This document shows, piece after piece, positions 57,101 to 64,000 of a DNA stretch of 64,000 nt (positions are counted from its first letter, which is position 1; the number at the start of each line of letters is the position of its first letter). A model generated the notes under the pieces. The model ran no database searches and was not told where the DNA came from. It worked only from the letters and a program-made list of their open reading frames with translations. Source of the DNA: Planctomycetota bacterium (GTDB lineage Bacteria; Planctomycetota; B15-G4; JADJEK01); assembly GCA_044225365.1 (NCBI GenBank), contig JBGAIQ010000003.1, forward strand, positions 192,880 through 256,879, given 5' to 3'. A program made the translations under genes and the position numbers.

Positions 57101-59287
57101 TCATTGGACCAGGATCTCGACTCCGTTCGAAACCGCGAAGGGCGGCTTCATCGGATCGAGTGCGTACTGCAGGCGAACCGCGCCGGGCACGAACGCGAGG
57201 GGTAGCTGCGACACGAGGTCGACGTGACCCTGAGCATTCGTGAGGTACGGACCGCCCACGGCGAGCAGCGGCGAGACGAGGAGGTAGCAGCCGCCGTAGC
57301 CGATGAACTGATGGCCCTGGTTGAGACCGAGGAGCAGGAACGCCAGCGCGCCCGGATTCGAATTCGAGAGCGACAGCGTCGCCACCGTGCCGGGCTGGAG
57401 CGTGCCGAGGACGTCGAGCGATGGAACGAGCGGGCCGTAGCCCGGGCAGCCCGAGCCATAGCGAGCGGCCGTCATCGTGTTGACGTGCGAGTTCTGGGCG
57501 CAGTCGCTCTCGAGGTCGAGGTTCATGTCGCCCTGATTCGCGGCGTTCGGCCACTGATACGCCGTCGTCGGCTGCGAGACGATGTTGAGCGTCATCCAAC
57601 CCGAGCCGCCGGGATTCGCATTCTTGCCGTTCGCACCGATGCCGACCTGGAAGGACGGACCGATTCGCGACACGGTGATCTTCGCCCCGTTGAAGTCGCC
57701 GAGGCCGAGGAGCGTGCCGGTGAACGCCTTGTAGTAGTGCCAGGTATCGGGATCGATGATCCCGCCGTTCTGCGTGTAGGCCGAATTCTGCAGCTCGAGC
57801 TTCGGACTGCCGAGCGGCGGATAGTTCACGTCACCCGGATTCACGCGCTGCGAGAAATCGATGTCGACCGAGAAGTGCGCGTTCGGATCGGTGAGCGAGG
57901 TCGCGATGCCCGTGAACTTCGCCGTACCGTCCGCGTGTTCGACGAACTGGCTGCCGGGATCCATCGAGCAGTTGTCGATGCCGGGCATGTAGAGAGCGAA
58001 GCCCGAGACGTACTGTCCGTAGTTGTCGGTGTCCGCGGATCGCGCGCAGAGGTTCTCGTCGCAGCCGAGGTCGATGTTGATGTCGCCCATCGCGCCGGGA
58101 TTCGACCACTGATACGCCGTGTTCGGTTGCGACTGGACATTGAGGTTCATCCAGCCCGAAGCGCCGAGGTTGCCGTTCTTGCCGTTCGCGCCGACGCCGA
58201 CCTGGAAGGACGGACCGAATCGTGAAACGGTGATGAAGCCGCCGGCGAAGTGATCCTGTCCCGAGAGCGAACCCGAGAACGCACTGTAGTAGTGCCAGGT
58301 ATTGGAGTCGATCGGGCCACCGTTCTCGACGTACGCGGAAGGCAAGAGCTCCTTCTTCGGGCTGCCGAGCGGCGGATAGTTGATGTCGCCCGGATTCACG
58401 CGCCCGGAGAAGCCGATGTTCACGAGGAACTTGGCCTGCGGATCGACCAGCGAGATCGCCGTGCCCGTGAGCGTGGCCGTGCCGTCGGGAAGCTCGTGGA
58501 AGATCGCATCGGGTCCGAAGCGACAGTTGTCGATGCCCGGCAGATAGAGCGCGAAGCCCGCGATGTACTGACCGAGGAAGTCGGCCTCGGCGGCGGACGC
58601 GTTGAACGTGTCGTCGCAGAAGTCGTTGTTCATGTCTCCGTTGAACGAACCGGGCAACGCCGGACCGTTCGTCGGTTGGTGGACGGTATGGCCCGTGAGC
58701 CATCCCGACATGCCGTCGTGGATGTTCATGCCGTTCGAGCCGAGACCCGCCTGGAAGCAGGGCCCCATGCGCGTGACGCTGACCTTCGCGCCGTCGAGGA
58801 GTCCGAACCCGGTCAGCGTGCCGTTGAACTTGTCGTAGTAGTAGAAGTTGTTGACGTCGACCGGGCCGCCCGCGGTCTTGTAGGCGCTGGGCTTCAATTC
58901 CTTGTAGGGGCTTCCCGCGGGATGGTAGTTCCAGTCTCCGAACACGATTCGCGTCGAGAGCGTGGCATCGACGAGGAACTGGAGGCCGGGATTCGACACG
59001 CTGTGGATGCGACCGGTGAGGCGCGCGATTCCGTTCGAGTATTCGGTGAACGTCGCTGGCGCGTCGTACACGAAGTCGGACGCGATCCCCTCGAGGAGGA
59101 ACGCATGCGTCGGCACGAACGCCGTCGCATAGGCGTCGGTCGCCGAGTTCAGTGCGGCGCGCGTGCGCGGGAACGGTCCCGGGACACCGGCCCATGCTTC
59201 CGCCGCGAGCGCTGCGATGCCGATGGCCAGAAGGGCCACCGACCCGAGACGCCGCGACGAACGATTCTGCAAATGCAATCGACTCAT
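57101..59287 (-). CDS. Paralog with three ~185-aa repeats and Gly-Cys C-terminal domain
   Basis: Signal peptide ending AEAWA; three units with periods of 549 and 555 nt; C-terminal YGSGCPG...GCYLLV. Confidence 0.82.
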   Translation of the reverse strand: MSRLHLQNRSSRRLGSVALLAIGIAALAAEAWAGVPGPFPRTRAALNSATDAYATAFVPTHAFLLEGIASDFVYDAPATFTEYSNGIARLTGRIHSVSNPGLQFLVDATLSTRIVFGDWNYHPAGSPYKELKPSAYKTAGGPVDVNNFYYYDKFNGTLTGFGLLDGAKVSVTRMGPCFQAGLGSNGMNIHDGMSGWLTGHTVHQPTNGPALPGSFNGDMNNDFCDDTFNASAAEADFLGQYIAGFALYLPGIDNCRFGPDAIFHELPDGTATLTGTAISLVDPQAKFLVNIGFSGRVNPGDINYPPLGSPKKELLPSAYVENGGPIDSNTWHYYSAFSGSLSGQDHFAGGFITVSRFGPSFQVGVGANGKNGNLGASGWMNLNVQSQPNTAYQWSNPGAMGDINIDLGCDENLCARSADTDNYGQYVSGFALYMPGIDNCSMDPGSQFVEHADGTAKFTGIATSLTDPNAHFSVDIDFSQRVNPGDVNYPPLGSPKLELQNSAYTQNGGIIDPDTWHYYKAFTGTLLGLGDFNGAKITVSRIGPSFQVGIGANGKNANPGGSGWMTLNIVSQPTTAYQWPNAANQGDMNLDLESDCAQNSHVNTMTAARYGSGCPGYGPLVPSLDVLGTLQPGTVATLSLSNSNPGALAFLLLGLNQGHQFIGYGGCYLLVSPLLAVGGPYLTNAQGHVDLVSQLPLAFVPGAVRLQYALDPMKPPFAVSNGVEILVQ

Positions 59288-59625
59288 TCCCACACCTCTT
59301 GCGGATCGCGATGCGGAGCACCGCGGTTTCCAGCGTTGGTCATCTGAACAGTTGGACGGATAGGCTCGAACTCACACGACGGTCGAAAGCGCCCACGAGC
59401 AAGGTTGAGAGCGCCGCGGCGCTGTCGCGCGTTGGCGTCGTATCCGTACCTTCGAGGGCGATCGAAACACTACAGGCGCGAATCCGGCAGAATGCGCGCC
59501 CCGCCGACTCCTCCATGCAACCATCACCGGCATGATGATCACGCGGACCGAGGCGACTCAGTATATCCCATCCAGGAAAACGTGCTCTCGGCTCGCACTT
59601 TTTTCGGGTTCTTTTCAGCGGTGAT

Positions 59626-60330
59626 TCAGACCTGCACTCGCCCCGCATGCAATGTGAGCATGCGATCCGCGCGCCGCGCGAGCGTGAGGTCGTGGGTCAC
59701 CATCACGAACGTCTTGCCCGTCTTCTCTCGCAACTGGAAGAGCAGCTCGATGATGCCGGCTGCCGTCTTCTCGTCGAGATTGCCGGTAGGCTCGTCGCAG
59801 AGGACGATGTCGGGGTCGGAGATCAGCGCCCGTGCGATCGCCACCCGCTGACGCTCTCCGCCCGAGAGTTGGGACGGTCGATGAAAGAGTCTCGACCCGA
59901 GACCGAGCTGTTCGAGCATTGCCTTGGCCCGCTCCTTCTCGGTCTTTCGCGAAGAGATCCAACCCAGCACCGACGAGTCGAGCATCCGCGCGAGCAGGAC
60001 GTTCTCGAGTGCGTCGAGTTCGGCGATCAGGTGATAGAACTGGAACACGAATCCGATGTGCTGCAGGCGGAGTTCGGCGCGCGCCTTCGCGCCCGCATCG
60101 GAGACCACTTCCCCGAGGAACCTCACTTCACCCGCGCTCGGCCGATCGAGAAGCCCGAGGAGATGGAGCAGGGTCGATTTGCCGGTTCCGGACTGGCCGA
60201 CGATCGCGACCATCTCACCGCGCGCGACCTGCAGGTCGATCCCGCGCAGAACGCTCACGGTCTCCGCTCCGATCGTGTAGTCCTTGGCGAGCGCTCGTGT
60301 CTCGAGGACGATCTCCCGTGGATCACTCAT
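59626..60330 (-). CDS. lolD: Lipoprotein-releasing ABC transporter ATP-binding protein
   Basis: GQSGTGKST, GFVFQFYHL, LSGGERQRVAIARAL, DEPTGNLD, VTHD; coupled to the lolC/E-like gene. Confidence 0.85.
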   Translation of the reverse strand: MSDPREIVLETRALAKDYTIGAETVSVLRGIDLQVARGEMVAIVGQSGTGKSTLLHLLGLLDRPSAGEVRFLGEVVSDAGAKARAELRLQHIGFVFQFYHLIAELDALENVLLARMLDSSVLGWISSRKTEKERAKAMLEQLGLGSRLFHRPSQLSGGERQRVAIARALISDPDIVLCDEPTGNLDEKTAAGIIELLFQLREKTGKTFVMVTHDLTLARRADRMLTLHAGRVQV

Positions 60331-61696
60331 ACCGCAGCGCCTCCACTGGATCGAAGGAGGCCGCTCTGCGCGCCGGGATCCATGCCGACAGGAGCGAGAG
60401 CAAGAGCGTCGCAACGAACGTGTACATCACGAACGAGAGTCCGATCTCGTAAGGAATGCCGTCGAAGGCGAACACGTTGCGCGGGAAGAGCGAGATCCCG
60501 AGGTGCAGGTCGCACCAATCGTTGATCGGGTTGAGCGAGGTCGTGAGCTTCACTCCGTAGCGAACTCCGAGCAGGCCGGCGATGAGGGCCATCAGCAATC
60601 CGTTCGCGAGGAAGATCGCTTGGATGCCGCGCGCCTTCGCGCCGAGCGCAGCCAGCACTCCGATGTCGCGCGTCTTGTCGGTCACGAGGATCGTGAGCGT
60701 GGAGAGGACGTTGAAGCACGCGACCGCGATGAAGAAGAACAGCAGGATGCCGATGAGCGAGCGCTCGTTCGAGACGGCATCGAGCAAGCGCTTGCCCTTC
60801 TCGCGCCAATCGACGACCTCCGCGCGGATCGAGTGCGACTTCAACGCCGTCGCGATCTCCGCGACGGTCGCCGTCAGATCGACGCCGTCCTTCGCGGTGA
60901 CGCACACCTCGGTCGCGTCGGTCGCGGCGCGCGAGAACTCGCGCAGCTTCGCAAGATCGACGTACAATGTGTGGCCGTCGAATTCGTAGTTGCCGGAGTG
61001 GACCGCACCACCGACGACGAACGTCTGCGTCAGCGGCTTGCTGTCCTTCAGGTCGGGAGATTCGGGGATCATCACGAGGTCGATCCGATCGCCCTTGCGC
61101 AATCCGAAGTAGGTGTAGAGCGCGGAGCCGACCAGCACGATCGGCAGGCGCGCATTGCGGTACTTCAACGGCAGGCGCTTGGGATCGATCCAGAACGGCC
61201 GCGTCCGATCGTCGACCTCGCAGTCGGTGAGTTCGAAGGGCCCGCGCTCGGATCTGGGAACGCTGAGGTGTTGCTGGAATCCCGCCGCGCCCCCGCCCTG
61301 CTTCGGATCGATGCCGAGGACGCGCACGAAGTTCTTGTCGATGTAACGGCGGTCGGTGAGGATCACCGTCGAATCGACCCGGTCGATCTTCATCAACGCG
61401 GGCCGGATGAGTCGTGGCGACATCCCCGAAACGTCCGCGACCGTGGCGAGCGCCGTGGAGATCGACTTGAAATCGGCGGGTGGCGTGATGGAGCCATCCG
61501 GAGCACGTCGGCTCTGCGGAGTGATGACGATGTCGGACGTGGTCCCGCGCGCGAAGCGCTCGTGGTCGCGCAGGAATCCCGTCATCACCGAGACGGTGAC
61601 GATCGTCGCCATGACCGACAGCCAGATCCCCACCATCGTGATGATCCCGATGGGTCTTGCCGCGAGCCAGCGAATGGCGAGAAAGAGTCCGTACAC
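60323..61696 (-). CDS. LolC/LolE-family ABC permease (MacB/FtsX fold)
   Basis: TM1 + SVMTGF, large periplasmic domain, DKTRDIGVLAALGA, PARRAASFDPVEALRYE. Confidence 0.88.
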   Translation of the reverse strand: MYGLFLAIRWLAARPIGIITMVGIWLSVMATIVTVSVMTGFLRDHERFARGTTSDIVITPQSRRAPDGSITPPADFKSISTALATVADVSGMSPRLIRPALMKIDRVDSTVILTDRRYIDKNFVRVLGIDPKQGGGAAGFQQHLSVPRSERGPFELTDCEVDDRTRPFWIDPKRLPLKYRNARLPIVLVGSALYTYFGLRKGDRIDLVMIPESPDLKDSKPLTQTFVVGGAVHSGNYEFDGHTLYVDLAKLREFSRAATDATEVCVTAKDGVDLTATVAEIATALKSHSIRAEVVDWREKGKRLLDAVSNERSLIGILLFFFIAVACFNVLSTLTILVTDKTRDIGVLAALGAKARGIQAIFLANGLLMALIAGLLGVRYGVKLTTSLNPINDWCDLHLGISLFPRNVFAFDGIPYEIGLSFVMYTFVATLLLSLLSAWIPARRAASFDPVEALRYE

Positions 61697-61747
61697 GCCG
61701 ACCTTCCACCTTCCGACGACTTGATTCGAGCTCCCGCCCGAATCGCC

Positions 61748-63274
61748 TCAGCTCTTCGCGGCGTCCGATCCGCTCCGCGCAGGCGCTTCCTCGCCGGAGT
61801 CGGCGAGGTCCATCGGCCGGAGGAGGGGGAACAGGACGACTTCGCGGATGTTCTTGCGATCGGTGAGCATCATCACGAGACGATCGACGCCCATGCCGAT
61901 ACCACCCGCGGGAGGCATGCCGTATTCGAGTGCGGCGAGGAATTCCTCGTCGACGGCGGCCGGGTTCTCCGGGTCCTTCTCGCGCACCTGCGCCTCGAGG
62001 ATGCGCCGCTGCTCGAGCGGATCGTTCATCTCCGAGAACGCGTTCGCCACCTCGAGTCCATTGATGAACAGCTCGAACCGCTCGGCGCGATCGCTGCCGT
62101 AGCTCGTCCACTTCGCGAGCGGCGTGATGCCGCGCGGGTACTCGGTGACGAACGTCGGCTGGATGAGCGACTCCTCGCAGTAGTGCTCGAAGAGGTCGTT
62201 CGCGGCCTTGTGATGGGTCTTGCCCTTGTGGTCGATCTTCAGTTCATCGCAGCGGCGGCGCACCGCCACCTCGTCATCGAGTTCGATGCCGGACTTCTCC
62301 TTCAGGAGGTCGGCGTACTTCACCCGCCGGAACGGTGGCGTCAGATCGATCGCGACGCCGTCCCAGGTGAATTGCGTCGTGCCGCGCGCCTTCATCGCGA
62401 GATGACCGAGCAGCTCCTCCCACAATGCCATCACGTCTTCGTAGTCCGCGAAGGCCCAATAGAGCTCGATCATCGTGAATTCGGGATTGTGCGTCGCGTC
62501 GATTCCTTCGTTGCGGAACACGCGACCGATCTCGTAGACGCGCTCCATGCCGCCGCAGAGCAAGCGCTTGAGGTGCAGTTCGAGCGCGATGCGCAAGGTG
62601 AGGTCGATGTCGAGCGCGTTGTGATGAGTGAGGAACGGACGCGCCGTCGCGCCGCCCGCGATGTGATGCAGCAGGGGGCCTTCGACTTCGATGAATCCCT
62701 TGCCGTCGAGGAAGCGACGCAGCTCCGACACGATCATCGATCGCATGCGGAAGACCTTCATCGCCTCTTCGTTCACCGCGAGGTCCATGTGGCGGTGACG
62801 GAAGCGGATCTCGACGTCGGTCAGTCCCTCCCACTTGGCGGGCGGATGACGTAGCGACTTGGCGAGCATCGCGACGGAGTCGGCGAACACCGTGAGTTCG
62901 CCCTTCTTGGTCTTGCCGAGAACACCCTTCACGCCGAGCCAGTCGTTGAGATCGAGCGTGGTCTGGAAGAACGCGAAGTGCTCGGGCCCGATCCGGTTCT
63001 TCTGGACGTAGACCTGCACCTTGCCGGTCTCGTCGGTGAGATCGAGGAAGAACGAGTTGCCGTGGTCGCGGAAGGCGGTCACTCGACCGCAGATCGCGGT
63101 CTTCAGTTGCGCTTCGTCGACGCCGTCGACCGACTTCTCGCGGAGTGGTCCGATGAACTCGCGGACCTCGCGCGAATCGGGGCGCGGGGGAAATCGCTTC
63201 GGGTACGGATCGCTTCCGAGGGCGCGGATCTTCTCGAGCTTGGCCAGGCGTTCCTGAGGGATCGGTTCCCCCAT
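61748..63274 (-). CDS. lysS: Lysine--tRNA ligase (class II)
   Basis: OB-fold N-domain, GGATARPFLTHHN, RIALELHLKRL, RVFRNEG...HNPEFT, ERFELF, LEYGMPP.GG.G.G.DRL. Start ATG 63274. Confidence 0.97.
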   Translation of the reverse strand: MGEPIPQERLAKLEKIRALGSDPYPKRFPPRPDSREVREFIGPLREKSVDGVDEAQLKTAICGRVTAFRDHGNSFFLDLTDETGKVQVYVQKNRIGPEHFAFFQTTLDLNDWLGVKGVLGKTKKGELTVFADSVAMLAKSLRHPPAKWEGLTDVEIRFRHRHMDLAVNEEAMKVFRMRSMIVSELRRFLDGKGFIEVEGPLLHHIAGGATARPFLTHHNALDIDLTLRIALELHLKRLLCGGMERVYEIGRVFRNEGIDATHNPEFTMIELYWAFADYEDVMALWEELLGHLAMKARGTTQFTWDGVAIDLTPPFRRVKYADLLKEKSGIELDDEVAVRRRCDELKIDHKGKTHHKAANDLFEHYCEESLIQPTFVTEYPRGITPLAKWTSYGSDRAERFELFINGLEVANAFSEMNDPLEQRRILEAQVREKDPENPAAVDEEFLAALEYGMPPAGGIGMGVDRLVMMLTDRKNIREVVLFPLLRPMDLADSGEEAPARSGSDAAKS

Positions 63275-63517
63275 CGTGGTATTCCTCGAACGAAAGTTGC
63301 GGGCGGATTCGAAAACCCGGGATCTTAACGTCGCAAGGGTCCTCGGGGCCAAACTCCCGCGGGCATTTCTCTTCACCAACTCCTTTTGCAGCGTATGCTC
63401 TCACTCCCCGCGCCCCGGATGGCCGAAGAGTTGGAGTCGCGGGACGGATGCTGCGGTCATCGAGTCCCTGGACCGCGGGATCACCGACCAAACCGATTCG
63501 TCACGGAGTCCGCAACG

Positions 63518-64000
63518 ATGCAGTTGAGACTGCAGGGTCTCGCCCTGTTCCTCTTCGTACCCCTGGTGCTCTACCTCTTCGTAGCGCAGCCGGGTCCGGA
63601 CCTCGTCGCCTTGCTGCTCGGCGTCGCGATCATGTTCGGCCATCGATTCGTCGCCGCCCCGTTCGTCGACAAGAACCTCGACCTGCGATGCATCTGGTCC
63701 GGCGCCGAGATCGCGCCGGGCTGCGGCTACCGCGTCACGTCTTCGGGAGTCACGCGAACCTTCAATTCGTTCAACGACGAATACCGCGATCATGCGGCTC
63801 GGTTCTTCACCTTTGCGCAGAAGTACGCCTGGCCCCTGCGGATTGCGATCCTCGCTCCGCTCGCGTTCTATCTCGTCATGGAGATCCTTGCCGCGCTCGG
63901 CGTCCATGCGACGAGCCACGCCCTGAACCTCGCCATCTTCCAGGGCATCATCGGGCTCACCACCCTCACGACCGCGCTCACCTATCGCCTGGTCGAACCG
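63518..64000 (+). CDS. Hypothetical membrane protein, 3' truncated by window edge
   Basis: Open frame from ATG 63518 (MQLRLQGLALFLFVPLVLYLFV...) with about four hydrophobic segments and no stop before 64000; not in the ORF track. Confidence 0.7.
   Translation, partial: MQLRLQGLALFLFVPLVLYLFVAQPGPDLVALLLGVAIMFGHRFVAAPFVDKNLDLRCIWSGAEIAPGCGYRVTSSGVTRTFNSFNDEYRDHAARFFTFAQKYAWPLRIAILAPLAFYLVMEILAALGVHATSHALNLAIFQGIIGLTTLTTALTYRLVEP

Noticed and set aside
59294-59625. Riboswitch in the long leader of the 57101 gene
   Set aside because: No recognisable aptamer consensus by eye; an Rfam/Infernal scan would be needed.
59626-63274. lysS-lolE-lolD linkage as a novelty
   Set aside because: Ordinary housekeeping gene order seen in many diderm bacteria.

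Overview
High-GC bacterial chromosome segment, most likely Planctomycetota. That assignment is an inference from gene types: Ser/Thr kinase-FGE fusion, ECF sigma factors with a TM helix and long extracytoplasmic tails, TPR/alpha-2-macroglobulin-like giant, sulfatase-like protein and many secreted proteins with a shared Gly-Cys C-terminal domain. About 38 CDS and one tRNA-Ala(GGC). Recognisable core genes are pdxH, a ClpA/C-type ATPase, a dipeptide epimerase, cca, a split RdgC pair, nfeD-nfeD-floA-yqfB-like, lolD/lolE-like and lysS. No transposase, integrase, prophage or CRISPR was seen. Main items of interest: (1) two tandem membrane-tethered ECF sigma factors with identically placed ECF-type promoters, plus a six-gene array of sigma-less membrane-anchored relatives, one carrying the same promoter pattern; (2) a ~110-120 aa C-terminal domain shared by several unrelated secreted proteins, a possible sorting or anchoring signal; (3) an unnamed 183-185 aa domain present in 2 and 3 copies; (4) a DnaA-box cluster away from dnaA, a candidate NrdR box, a REP-like palindromic repeat and a duplicated 17-mer in a divergent promoter. 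All family calls come from reading motifs by eye; no database searches were run.
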